64,000 nt of DNA from a virus: IMG/VR virus record IMGVR_UViG_3300037200_000158, positions 1 through 64,000 of that record. One strand, written 5' to 3'. This document shows, piece by piece, positions 8,581 through 16,799 of the stretch; position 1 is the stretch's first letter, and each line of letters opens with the position of its first letter. The notes under the pieces were generated by a model. The model saw only the letters and a list, made by a program, of their open reading frames with translations. It was not told where the DNA came from and made no database searches. The translations under genes were made by a program, and so were the position numbers.

Positions 8581-8733
8581 CTACTTGCCCTCCTTCAGGT
8601 GAAAGAAGCGCCGGAGGATGTTGCGGATTGCGAGCGACGCGTTGCCTTCGGTTTTCTCTGTCGCGTAGTTCAGCACTTTTTCGTGCAGCGCGTCTTCCAT
8701 GCGAAGGATTACCGTCGTGGAGTTCTTGGGCAT
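8581..8733 (-). CDS. ribbon-helix-helix (CopG/Arc-like) protein
   Basis: Track ORF trimmed to MPKNSTTVILRMEDALHEKVLNYATEK...: a beta-strand plus two helices. First gene of the operon. Confidence 0.6.
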   Translation of the reverse strand: MPKNSTTVILRMEDALHEKVLNYATEKTEGNASLAIRNILRRFFHLKEGK

Positions 8734-8763
8734 GAAATATTTGTACCATGAATCGGCCTGTTG

Positions 8764-8772
8764 TGTATTACA
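8764..8772. promoter_or_regulatory. TGTATTACA palindrome
   Basis: Perfect 9-mer in the divergent spacer, 9 nt before ATG 8781. Followed by CAATTG. Confidence 0.55.
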
Positions 8773-8780
8773 ATTGGCCA

Positions 8781-9722
8781 ATGTCGGTAAGTCACGAGTT
8801 CAGGCAGGGCGATGTAATCGAACGGCTTCGCGAGATGCCAGACGAGAGTATCTATTGCTGTGTGACCTCGCCGCCATATTGGGGACTGCGGGATTACGGC
8901 GTTGAAGGGCAGATCGGGCTCGAAGCGACGCCACAGGAATACGTCGCGAAGATGGTCGAGGTATTCAGCGAAGTGCGCCGGGTGCTCCGCAGCGACGGGA
9001 CACTGTGGCTGAACCTCGGCGACTCTTTCAGTGGTGGCAAGATGGGGCGCGCGGATGGCGACCGTAACGGGGTGGACGGCTTCACTGGGGGCCAGAAGTT
9101 CAAGGGCGAAGAGTTTCGGCAGCGCGGCGTACCTGATGGCCTGAAGCCAAAAGACCTCGTTGGAATTCCGTGGCGCGTTGCCTTCGCCCTTCAGGACTCT
9201 GGCTGGTGGCTGCGATCAGACATCATTTGGGCGAAGCCCGCGCCGATGCCCGAGAGCGTCACAGATCGGCCGACGCGGAGCCATGAATACATTTTTCTTC
9301 TGGCAAAGTCAGAGAAGTACCACTGCGACATGCAGGCAATCGCAGAGCCTGCCGTGCGCGGCGCTGCCGGTTCGCTTTTCAATGCAGGCAAGACCGCCAT
9401 TCGCCAACTTGGACGGTCGAGCGATAAAGAGCGCGTAGAATCAGAAACCCGCAACAGGCGCGACGTGTGGACCGTAAACGGCGATCCATTCCCCGAAGCC
9501 CACTTCGCCACCTTTCCGCCTGCGCTAATTCTGCCCTGTATTCTCGCGGGTTGCCCCGCTGGCGGCACAGTGCTCGATCCTTTCAGCGGTGCAGGCACAA
9601 CGGCGCTGGTGGCGACCGAGAATGGCCGCAACGCGGTGGGCATTGAGTTGAATCCGGATTACATTGCCATCGCCGAGCGCCGCCTGGCACAGCAACCGCT
9701 TCCGCTGGAGGCTTCCGCATGA
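8781..9722 (+). CDS. DNA methyltransferase (N6A/N4C family, SPPY motif)
   Basis: CVTSPPYWGLRDY (motif IV), then the C-terminal SAM motif VLDPFSGAGTT. Track ORF trimmed to MSVSHEF. Confidence 0.9.
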   Translation: MSVSHEFRQGDVIERLREMPDESIYCCVTSPPYWGLRDYGVEGQIGLEATPQEYVAKMVEVFSEVRRVLRSDGTLWLNLGDSFSGGKMGRADGDRNGVDGFTGGQKFKGEEFRQRGVPDGLKPKDLVGIPWRVAFALQDSGWWLRSDIIWAKPAPMPESVTDRPTRSHEYIFLLAKSEKYHCDMQAIAEPAVRGAAGSLFNAGKTAIRQLGRSSDKERVESETRNRRDVWTVNGDPFPEAHFATFPPALILPCILAGCPAGGTVLDPFSGAGTTALVATENGRNAVGIELNPDYIAIAERRLAQQPLPLEASA

Positions 9723-9871
9723 CCGGCGTCTCCCGCTCCACCGCGCACTTCACCTTCGACCCGCGCGTAGCCGCCCTGGCGCTCGCGGCATTGCGGCTGA
9801 ATCTTCACCTGCCCGCGCCGCGACCAAAGCCTGTGCAGCCGAAGCAGGCAGAACTTCTGGAGGCGGCATGA
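9719..9871 (+). CDS. hypothetical small protein (50 aa, below track cutoff)
   Basis: ATGA overlaps at both ends (9719 with the methylase stop, 9868 with the next start). MTGVSRSTAHFTFDPRVAALAL... Confidence 0.45.
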   Translation: MTGVSRSTAHFTFDPRVAALALAALRLNLHLPAPRPKPVQPKQAELLEAA

Positions 9872-10179
9872 AAAGACTTCCGGCTATCTTCTGCTTCGTA
9901 CTTGCGCTGGCCCTGTTCGCGCAGGAGCGTCAGGACGCGCCACCACCTGAAGCACCGGCCGACGGCCCGACGTGCAATAACTACGTAGGCAATGAGCACC
10001 CCTGCCACTGCAACGTGGCGATGAAGTGTAAGGGGCGTGTCGACGAGCCGCCGGACAAAGAGGCGATGTCGACATGGTGCGTGCGCGGTTATTGCCGGAA
10101 GGATAAATGCAAGTGCATCGGGCCGTGCGTCACACGGCTTACGCCCGCAAAAGCGTGCGATATCCACGCGGGCCTGTAA
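9868..10179 (+). CDS. secreted Cys-rich small protein
   Basis: ATG 9868 with GGAGG 5 nt upstream. Signal-like MKRLPAIFCFVLALALFAQE, then 12 Cys. Confidence 0.6.
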   Translation: MKRLPAIFCFVLALALFAQERQDAPPPEAPADGPTCNNYVGNEHPCHCNVAMKCKGRVDEPPDKEAMSTWCVRGYCRKDKCKCIGPCVTRLTPAKACDIHAGL

Positions 10180-10180
10180 G

Positions 10181-10366
10181 ATGCGTCCACATGCCATCTA
10201 CACCGCAACTTGCACATGCGGCGCACAGATTGAGTCCGAGACCCGTGAAGGCGTGTGCCGTTGCGGTATCTTCTTCGTCCTCGAATGGCCCTGCGTCGCC
10301 GGAGTTGATTCCGCCCCATCAGGTGTAATACAATCATCGGCATGCCTCGCACGACCCACATCATGA
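10181..10366 (+). CDS. possible zinc-ribbon peptide
   Basis: ATG-initiated part of track ORF 10037..10366 (MRPHAIYTATCTCG...CRCG). Overlaps the next gene start. Confidence 0.4.
   Translation: MRPHAIYTATCTCGAQIESETREGVCRCGIFFVLEWPCVAGVDSAPSGVIQSSACLARPTS
10324..10332. promoter_or_regulatory. TGTAATACA palindrome
   Basis: Perfect 9-mer, 10 nt before ATG 10342. Confidence 0.55.
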
Positions 10367-10719
10367 CCCACGGGCACCAGGCGGTCCCGAACCGACCGGA
10401 CTTCCCAATGCCGACGGCGTCACTTTATAGGGCTTCGGATGGAATGAAAATCGCCCAGGCGAATGACACGCTGGTCGGTTTCGGGGAAGACCCGCAGCAT
10501 TCGCCGATGCGGAACTTCATGGATCACTCCTACGCCATTAAGTTCCTGCGGACGCTGGCGGATCGGGATTGGGCCGTCGAAAACGGCGTCGACCCGACGC
10601 ACAAAGACTTCCTGAAGATCGTCGCCACTGGGTACTCTGCCGACATAGAGGAGCGTGACTCGGAATCACGTATTCTGAGAGCCAGCAACATGGCGCAGGC
10701 CGCGATTCTGAAGCACTAA
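10342..10719 (+). CDS. hypothetical protein
   Basis: 125-aa track ORF. Confidence 0.6.
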   Translation: MPRTTHIMTHGHQAVPNRPDFPMPTASLYRASDGMKIAQANDTLVGFGEDPQHSPMRNFMDHSYAIKFLRTLADRDWAVENGVDPTHKDFLKIVATGYSADIEERDSESRILRASNMAQAAILKH

Positions 10720-10729
10720 GGACACGAAC

Positions 10730-11167
10730 ATGGACAACGAAATCATCGGCGGCATGGCTGCCACGGACGCGCCGGCGACGAGCGGTAATCTCGATACAAC
10801 CCAGCAGTTGGACCCGATGGCACAGGCCGAAGCGATGCTCCGGCGTATTGAGACGAACGTCGTTGACACGACAGCCGAAGCGCCTGCAGGTGCGGTCGTC
10901 GTAAACGATCCCTTCGCTTTGCAGCCCATTCCGGCGCAGGAAGCCGTGACGAAGTCCGCAGAACCAGTAATCACCGCCGGAATCCCCGATACTCCGACCG
11001 ATCCCGCTCCCGACGTGATCGAGCAGGGCTTCGACTGGAAAGCCCTCTACCATGCCGAGCGCCTCGCGCATCTCGCTACACAAGCGAAACTGAAGGGCTC
11101 CGAAGCGTTCGAAAAGAGCGCGCGAGCAATGGGATTCTCTGGCGCCGGGATTCATACCGGAGCGTAA
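10730..11167 (+). CDS. hypothetical protein
   Basis: 145-aa track ORF. Confidence 0.6.
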   Translation: MDNEIIGGMAATDAPATSGNLDTTQQLDPMAQAEAMLRRIETNVVDTTAEAPAGAVVVNDPFALQPIPAQEAVTKSAEPVITAGIPDTPTDPAPDVIEQGFDWKALYHAERLAHLATQAKLKGSEAFEKSARAMGFSGAGIHTGA

Positions 11168-11326
11168 ATGGAGCAATTCTTCGTCCCGGAGTCAATCTGG
11201 CGCAAGCGGAGACGGTTCTTTATGAGTTTCTGGGGCGGCGACGAGAAATTCGTTACATTCTCCGAAATGGTCGCCATGCTCTACGCGCATAGCGGACGCG
11301 GCCACTACATCGTTCGAGGTATATGA
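11168..11326 (+). CDS. hypothetical small protein (52 aa)
   Basis: ATG directly after the previous stop, and an ATGA overlap with the next gene. MEQFFVPESIWRKRRRFF... Confidence 0.45.
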   Translation: MEQFFVPESIWRKRRRFFMSFWGGDEKFVTFSEMVAMLYAHSGRGHYIVRGI

Positions 11327-11541
11327 ATCACCTGCTCGGCCTCGCGAAGACGCAGCAGGAACTCCTGTTCATCGCCAGCCTGCTGGCCGCTTCGCCCTTC
11401 GGTAACAAGGGCGGTCCCGAGACTGCGCGCCTGATTCGCGAGCAACTCGCTCACTTCCGCGCTCTGCCGCGGCATGTCGATTCCTACGAAGACGAAGAAG
11501 ACGAATGTCTCAGGCCCACTGGAGCGACCCCGCCGCTGTAA
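11323..11541 (+). CDS. hypothetical small protein upstream of terminase
   Basis: 72-aa track ORF. Its position suggests a possible small-terminase-like role, but no motif supports this. Confidence 0.5.
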   Translation: MNHLLGLAKTQQELLFIASLLAASPFGNKGGPETARLIREQLAHFRALPRHVDSYEDEEDECLRPTGATPPL

Positions 11542-12338
11542 TTAGTCCCGTCGATGCGCTAGCTGAGATCGATCGGGAATTGAAGGGGGTTGAGGATGAG
11601 CGGAAGCGGCGGAGCCTAAACCGGATAGAGACATTCTTCAATGCGACGGGACCGCACCGTCGGGAACTCTACCCGCGCCATATGGCGTTCTTCCGCGCGG
11701 GGAAGTATTACCGTGCCCGCTGCTTCTCGGCCGGCAATCGCACGGGGAAAACTATTGCCGGTAGTTTTGAACTCACGTTACACCTCACGGGCCGGTACCC
11801 GGATTGGTGGCCCGGTAGAAGGTTCGACACCGCTGGACTCTACTGGGCATGCGGCACCACCAATGAGACCACCAAGAACATTCTCCAGGCTGAATTGCTC
11901 GGTCGTCTTGAAAAGGATACATCGGTCGGCGAGGACGTAATCGGAATGGGGACAGGGATGATCCCGGCTGCCGATATCGCGGGCGTTGAGTTCCACGCGC
12001 AGATCAGGGGCGCAATTAAGACGGCCTGGATAAGGCATGTGAGCGGCAAGCGCAGCGAGTTGGGGTTTCGCTCCTTCGAAGCTGGCCAGCCCGCCTTCGA
12101 GGGCGTTGCGAGGCAGGGAATACTTTTGGACGAGGAGCCGCCCCTTGATGTCTACACTGAGTGCCTCATGAGGCTTATGACGACCGGGGGCTGTCTCATG
12201 TTGACTTCCACCCCGCTCAAGGGACTCACTGATGTCGTAGCTCAGTTCATGCCCGATGGCGTTGTGCCAGAGTGGCAGACATGCAAAGTCTGCGGTAAGC
12301 AACTGATGGACTTTGATCACGCCTGCCCCGTGGAATGA
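11505..12338 (+). CDS. terL: terminase large subunit, N-terminal ATPase part only
   Basis: Walker A FSAGNRTGKT, Walker B GILLDEEPP, coupling motif LTSTPL. Ends after a CxxC...C tail with no nuclease domain. Confidence 0.85.
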   Translation: MSQAHWSDPAAVISPVDALAEIDRELKGVEDERKRRSLNRIETFFNATGPHRRELYPRHMAFFRAGKYYRARCFSAGNRTGKTIAGSFELTLHLTGRYPDWWPGRRFDTAGLYWACGTTNETTKNILQAELLGRLEKDTSVGEDVIGMGTGMIPAADIAGVEFHAQIRGAIKTAWIRHVSGKRSELGFRSFEAGQPAFEGVARQGILLDEEPPLDVYTECLMRLMTTGGCLMLTSTPLKGLTDVVAQFMPDGVVPEWQTCKVCGKQLMDFDHACPVE

Positions 12339-12680
12339 GGTAAAAGGGTGTCCTACCCCTTCTCATCTGGCTCGCCAAGCGCGCGGCCCGCGAGCGCAAG
12401 AACCCCTGGAAGCCCGACGGCGCAGTCCCCGAAACCCAAATCCCGGTTTAACCCGAAAGCAGGCCCACCACGAAGAGACTCCTTCTTCTCGGTGCCCTGC
12501 TGGTCCCCCTGTCGCGCCCGGCAGCAGCGCCCGAGCAATTCACCTTTATCGACCACTGGAACCGTTTCGTCGATCCGATGAACGAATACATGGACGGCGT
12601 TAACCGCGGCGTGTTTCGCGCGGACAAACTGAAGCAGGCGCTGCAAGCATGGCGCCGCCTCGAAAAAGAGCAGAACTGGA

Positions 12681-13226
12681 ATGACCTCCGTTAGAACAAT
12701 CCTTGCCGCTTTCGCCTTCACCGCGATCGCAGCCGCTCAAGCCGTCTTCCCGACCACCACGCTCAAGGTGGCCCTGACCGGCTGGCCGTCCGCAACGCAG
12801 CCGCAGTTGGTCGTCTACCTGACCTCGACTGCGGCCTATGTGCCCGGGCAACTTCCGGTCTCGAACTCCGGCATCGGGGATCCATCCGGCCATACTTCGC
12901 AGATCCTCATGGTGGACCGCGAGGCGATGTGCATCGACGGCCCAATCCAGCCCGACGGCGGATTGCCCGTAGAGCGCGGCTGTCAGGGTTCGTACATGCA
13001 GGGGCATGCGGCCGGCGCAACGGTCTACGTCGGTTTCCCGAGTTACTACGCATGGACAGTGCCTTCGGGGGCCTGCAATGCTCCGACGCTGCCGGTGCTG
13101 CCGACGGTCTACATCCAGAATGCGGGCGTGTACAACTGCATCGGCGGGACGTGGGTCTATACCGGGCAGGTATCTGGCGCTGGGCCGTGGTATTCGCGGT
13201 TCGGGCATTGGGTCGTAGGTCATTAA
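12681..13226 (+). CDS. secreted protein (cassette inside split terL)
   Basis: 181-aa track ORF. Signal-like MTSVRTILAAFAFTAIAAAQA. Confidence 0.65.
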   Translation: MTSVRTILAAFAFTAIAAAQAVFPTTTLKVALTGWPSATQPQLVVYLTSTAAYVPGQLPVSNSGIGDPSGHTSQILMVDREAMCIDGPIQPDGGLPVERGCQGSYMQGHAAGATVYVGFPSYYAWTVPSGACNAPTLPVLPTVYIQNAGVYNCIGGTWVYTGQVSGAGPWYSRFGHWVVGH

Positions 13227-13227
13227 T

Positions 13228-13473
13228 ATGAGAGATCACGCGAACATCATCGCTTCACTGGTTGCCCTGAGCCTCGTCATCGCGACGATTCTGGCGCTGA
13301 CCTACCACGGACTCAAGGACGAAACGCTGGTCGCTATTCTGGCCACCGGCGCGGTCGGAATCGCGAACAGCATCGCAGGCGTGAAATCCGGCGCACCGCC
13401 TCCGCCCGCGAATGGCAACGGCAACTCCCCGGGTCAGTACGCGGTTTCCCAGCAGAATCAACCACCGGCGTAG
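13228..13473 (+). CDS. small membrane protein (two TM segments, holin-like topology)
   Basis: 81-aa track ORF. IIASLVALSLVIATILAL and LVAILATGAVGIANSIAGV. Confidence 0.55.
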   Translation: MRDHANIIASLVALSLVIATILALTYHGLKDETLVAILATGAVGIANSIAGVKSGAPPPPANGNGNSPGQYAVSQQNQPPA

Positions 13474-13501
13474 GCCGCATCCCAATTTCAAAGGAAAAGC
13501 A

Positions 13502-13894
13502 ATGGCAGAACGCGAGAGCAAATCGAAATCGGCCGCCGGAATGGTGACGGCCTCAGCAACGAAGATGGGACCGATGAAGCATAACTTCGCCCGCATCGAG
13601 ATCCATCCTGCGGCGAACGGCTTCACGGTCATGCACCACAAGCCGGCGCCCGAAGGCAAGAAGGGCGAGATGGGCTGGATGCCACCGCCCGAACCCGAAC
13701 AGAGCGTCTTCGGCGGCGAAGATGCGCAGGGGCAGATGCTGAAGCACATCGGGATGCTCGTCGGTAACGGCAAAGCACCCGGCAACAAGGACGACAAGAC
13801 CAAGTCCGGTAAGATGGAAGGCGCGGACAAGAAGGACATGGGCAAGAACGACTCGCCCAAAGCCGATGACGAAGGCGACGAGGAAGACGAATAG
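13502..13894 (+). CDS. hypothetical charged protein
   Basis: ATG 13502 with AAGGAAAAG upstream (MAERESKSKS...). Acidic C terminus. Confidence 0.55.
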   Translation: MAERESKSKSAAGMVTASATKMGPMKHNFARIEIHPAANGFTVMHHKPAPEGKKGEMGWMPPPEPEQSVFGGEDAQGQMLKHIGMLVGNGKAPGNKDDKTKSGKMEGADKKDMGKNDSPKADDEGDEEDE

Positions 13895-13995
13895 CCTTCT
13901 GACGATTCAGGTGCCGAGGTAAGTCGCCGGTAATCGGCGCATCGGTGCCGGGCGCTCGCAGCATCCGGGTTTCCCTCCTTACCTCGGATTCCTTC

Positions 13996-14037
13996 GGCTG
14001 TCGGCCGAACGGTTCGCCGCGAGCGCCTTTTTTCTCT
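13996..14037 (+). terminator. probable intrinsic terminator
   Basis: Imperfect GC-rich hairpin (GGCTGTCGGCCGAAC/GGTTCGCCGCGAGCGCC) followed by TTTTTTCTCT. Confidence 0.45.
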
Positions 14038-14128
14038 GAATCTGCGCGGTATAGAGCGGCGGGAAATCCGCCGACGGGGCTCTGACGATTCTTCCCTTCA
14101 TTGATTCCGCGCGGATTTGGAGGTAGAG

Positions 14129-14137
14129 TGTATTACA
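14129..14137. promoter_or_regulatory. TGTATTACA palindrome
   Basis: Perfect 9-mer, 12 nt before ATG 14149. Also overlaps the alternative ATG at 14137. Confidence 0.55.
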
Positions 14138-14148
14138 TGGAAAACACG

Positions 14149-14706
14149 ATGAAGCGCCGCGCATTCTTCAGCTTGTTCGGGGCCGCACCGCTGGCCGTTG
14201 CCGCGGTGCCGGAGTCTGTGCCGGCAAAGCCGCTGTCCACTCGCCGCGCTCTGCTGCCCGAGGAGATCGTCCAGGCTGCGCTCGTTCGCATGGGTTCACT
14301 CCAAATTGGTCGTTATCCGGCTCCGGAAGAGGTGACGTTCGCCCTTATGCGCCTTATGCCGGGCATGGACGATGCCGACCTGGCCAAGGTGCTTGCGCCG
14401 TACTATCCGACTACCGCGGATTTGGCCGTGACCCAGCCGGTACAGTACGGCACCACGATCCCGCAGATGTGCGTGAAGTGCGGCGGCGCGCTGATGGCCA
14501 TGTCATTCCGCTTTCCTGATGCCCGCCGGATCATGCAGTGCTCTGGTCCAGGATGCGAAAATCATCATCCATGGGTTCAGAACGGATATGCTCTATCTGG
14601 TCCCGCGTGCAAGCCTGTCGGCCAGGTAATAGTCAATAGCCGTGGCGAATTCTGGGTGTGCGCTATCGCGGATAGCTGGAAAGTCAACGCCCCGGTGGCG
14701 CGATGA
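14149..14706 (+). CDS. exported protein with twin-arginine-like signal
   Basis: MKRRAFFSLFGAAPLAVAA..., with Cys pairs later in the sequence. Track ORF trimmed (alternative start 14137). Confidence 0.6.
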   Translation: MKRRAFFSLFGAAPLAVAAVPESVPAKPLSTRRALLPEEIVQAALVRMGSLQIGRYPAPEEVTFALMRLMPGMDDADLAKVLAPYYPTTADLAVTQPVQYGTTIPQMCVKCGGALMAMSFRFPDARRIMQCSGPGCENHHPWVQNGYALSGPACKPVGQVIVNSRGEFWVCAIADSWKVNAPVAR

Positions 14707-14921
14707 CCCGGACCCCGCTCGATAGTTCCCTGGTGCAGGCCGTTTCGCACGATCCCGCGACGAACACCGCGCAGGTAGAGCTCCTGCACAAAGGCACCTA
14801 TGCCTACCACGACGTACCGCCCGAGGACGTACAGGCGCTGATCGGCGCTAAATCAGCGGGCGCGCACTTTAACGGCGTGTTTAAGGCCGCGCACGGGCAT
14901 AAGGCGAGGAAAGTCGCATGA
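14703..14921 (+). CDS. KTSC domain protein
   Basis: 72 aa. SSLVQAVSHDPATNTAQVELLHKGTYAYHDVPPEDVQALIGAKSAGAHF matches the KTSC pattern. ATGA overlap. Confidence 0.65.
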   Translation: MTRTPLDSSLVQAVSHDPATNTAQVELLHKGTYAYHDVPPEDVQALIGAKSAGAHFNGVFKAAHGHKARKVA

Positions 14922-15157
14922 AATATCAGGGAAATCCCGTCATCGTCGATGCGGAAGTAATCGAAAAGGTTGACTCGCCAGATGGATCTGGGTACCGACT
15001 CATCCTGCACACCGGAGGGTCAATGTTCGCGTCCGCCGGGATGTGCGCCAGAATGGTGCCGGTTCCCGGCGATTATGTAGTCACGCAGGCGGATGGATAC
15101 GTCTACCTGAACCCGAAGGATGTCTTCGAGCGCAAGTACAGCCCGGTGACCGAATGA
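14918..15157 (+). CDS. hypothetical small protein
   Basis: 79-aa track ORF. ATGA overlap. Confidence 0.55.
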   Translation: MKYQGNPVIVDAEVIEKVDSPDGSGYRLILHTGGSMFASAGMCARMVPVPGDYVVTQADGYVYLNPKDVFERKYSPVTE

Positions 15158-15408
15158 GATCAACGCATACCTACGTCGTCATGGAACTCAGCCCGGCGGC
15201 GCATGCCGAGATTAAGGCGAAGATGCTGGCGGCTGGGTACCAGCACGCGATTGACGGCGATACGATTGACATGCACGGGATCGCGGTTGAGCCCAAGAAA
15301 AAGATCTTCAGTCGCCGAGAGCAGTTAGTCGCCGTTGTTATTGCCGCTCCGCTCTCGCTTATGGCCGCTTACATACTTCTCCACTTAACGAAAATCCCAC
15401 TCTGGTAG
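15154..15408 (+). CDS. hypothetical protein with C-terminal TM segment
   Basis: ATG 15154 (ATGA overlap) within track ORF 15043..15408. LVAVVIAAPLSLMAAYILLHL. Confidence 0.55.
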   Translation: MRSTHTYVVMELSPAAHAEIKAKMLAAGYQHAIDGDTIDMHGIAVEPKKKIFSRREQLVAVVIAAPLSLMAAYILLHLTKIPLW

Positions 15409-15504
15409 TCGTCAGTCAGGCGGTAAGGCTCCGGAACCTCTCAGGCCTGAAACTCTCGGTCAGATGATGACCGCTTATGGGCCCGGCGCACGACTAAAAC
15501 TCAC

Positions 15505-16266
15505 ATGGCTTACAGTTATCTCGGGCAACGCTACGTCGTCCAGGCTTCGTGGGAGGACGCCGCTGCCCACTTGACCCAGGAAGCGCGAGAGGAATTGTGG
15601 TCCTCGATCCCCGAATACCAGCGTGATGCTCGCTCAAAGGGTATTCCGCAGTTGGGCGCAGGTGCCATTTTTGCAATTCCGGAATCTGAGATCGTCGTCG
15701 AGCCGCTAAAGGGCGGCATCCCGGCGCACTGGCCGCGCGGGTTCGGCATGGACCCTCACTGGTCGTTCACTTCGGTCACCTGGTGGGCGCAGGACCCTGA
15801 GTCCCTGACCTGCTACATGTACGACGAATACCAGCGCGAGAAGCAGCCTGTCGGCGTCCATGCGGCTTCGATCAAAGCCCGCGGCGACTGGATCGTCGGC
15901 GTGATCGACAAGGCAGCCGATCAGACCGAAGGCGACGGCGAGAAGTTGCTCGAAATGTATCTGCGCGCAGGACTGCATGTCGTGAAGTCTTCGGCCAGCA
16001 AGGGCGTTGACGCCGGGCTACAGGACATGCTCGACGCGATGCACGAAGGGCGCTTCAAAGTCTTCAGCACCTGTCAGAAGTGGATCAAGGAATTCAGGAT
16101 CTACCGGCGCAACGACAAGGGCGTGATCGTTAAGAAGGCTGATCATCTTTTAGACTCGTCACGCTATTTCTGGAACGATGGTCGCGCGTTGATGCGCGTC
16201 AAGCCGAAGCAGGCGAACTTCCGTCCTTCCGCCCCAATCGCATCTCCCCGCGCATGGATGGCCTGA
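15505..16266 (+). CDS. terL: terminase large subunit, C-terminal nuclease part only
   Basis: YVVQASWEDAAAHL...DARSKGIPQLGAGAIF...GFGMDPHW...VIDKAAD...DHLLDSSRYF is collinear with the post-ATPase linker and RNase-H-like nuclease of TerL proteins. Confidence 0.85.
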   Translation: MAYSYLGQRYVVQASWEDAAAHLTQEAREELWSSIPEYQRDARSKGIPQLGAGAIFAIPESEIVVEPLKGGIPAHWPRGFGMDPHWSFTSVTWWAQDPESLTCYMYDEYQREKQPVGVHAASIKARGDWIVGVIDKAADQTEGDGEKLLEMYLRAGLHVVKSSASKGVDAGLQDMLDAMHEGRFKVFSTCQKWIKEFRIYRRNDKGVIVKKADHLLDSSRYFWNDGRALMRVKPKQANFRPSAPIASPRAWMA

Positions 16267-16268
16267 CC

Positions 16269-16277
16269 TGTATTACA
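16269..16277. promoter_or_regulatory. TGTATTACA palindrome
   Basis: Perfect 9-mer, 10 nt before ATG 16287. Confidence 0.55.
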
Positions 16278-16286
16278 ATGGACGGC

Positions 16287-16799
16287 ATGAGAATTTCCGA
16301 CATCCGCTTGCTCGGCGACCAGGTTTTAGTTAAATGCCTCGGCACGGCCAACATGCAGGGCCGCATCCACATTCCGATGTCCGCCCAGCAAGCCCGGCAG
16401 ATCCATCAGTCAGGCGGCGACTACGTTCATCGAGGCGAAGTGCTGGCGGTTGGCCCCGGCGACCGCATGGACTGGTTCTGGTGCCGCGCCAGCGAGGAAG
16501 TCACGCCGCGCCTCGTCGATTCCATCTTCAAGATCGTCGGCGGCGACACGAAGCAGGTTGTCGCAAGCAATCCGAAGTGCCACACATGTGGCGGAAAGTT
16601 GACCCGGCGCAATCTGGCTCCGAGCCGTTCGCCGATGCCGGTCAAGGTCGGCGACGTGGTGCTGTACGAGCGGCGGCGCGATGCAGTGCTTCAGATTCAG
16701 CGGTTCCCATCGCTCGATCTGGAGGACGATATGCTCGTGATTCTGCTCGCTGAGCAGCACGTATTGGCCGTCCTGGAGTCCGAAGCTAAAGCTGCATGA
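16287..16799 (+). CDS. GroES-like co-chaperonin with internal insertion
   Basis: MRISDIRLLGDQVLVK...GEVLAVGPGDR...VKVGDVVLYE...MLVILLAEQHVLAVLE follows the GroES pattern. A ~55-aa Cys/His-containing insert sits in the middle. Confidence 0.6.
   Translation: MRISDIRLLGDQVLVKCLGTANMQGRIHIPMSAQQARQIHQSGGDYVHRGEVLAVGPGDRMDWFWCRASEEVTPRLVDSIFKIVGGDTKQVVASNPKCHTCGGKLTRRNLAPSRSPMPVKVGDVVLYERRRDAVLQIQRFPSLDLEDDMLVILLAEQHVLAVLESEAKAA

Noticed and set aside
12313-12721. Track ORFs 12313..12603(+), 12348..12581(+) and 12353..12721(-) just after the terL ATPase part.
   Set aside because: They are low-complexity Pro/Arg/Ser sequences with no coupling or RBS. The only protein-like frame here lacks a start codon; see the ACG-start finding.
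11505-16266. Intein, self-splicing intron or programmed frameshift as the cause of the split terL.
   Set aside because: The intervening 3.2 kb contains multiple independent genes with their own starts, a terminator and a promoter-like element. I saw no intein blocks and no intron-like RNA.
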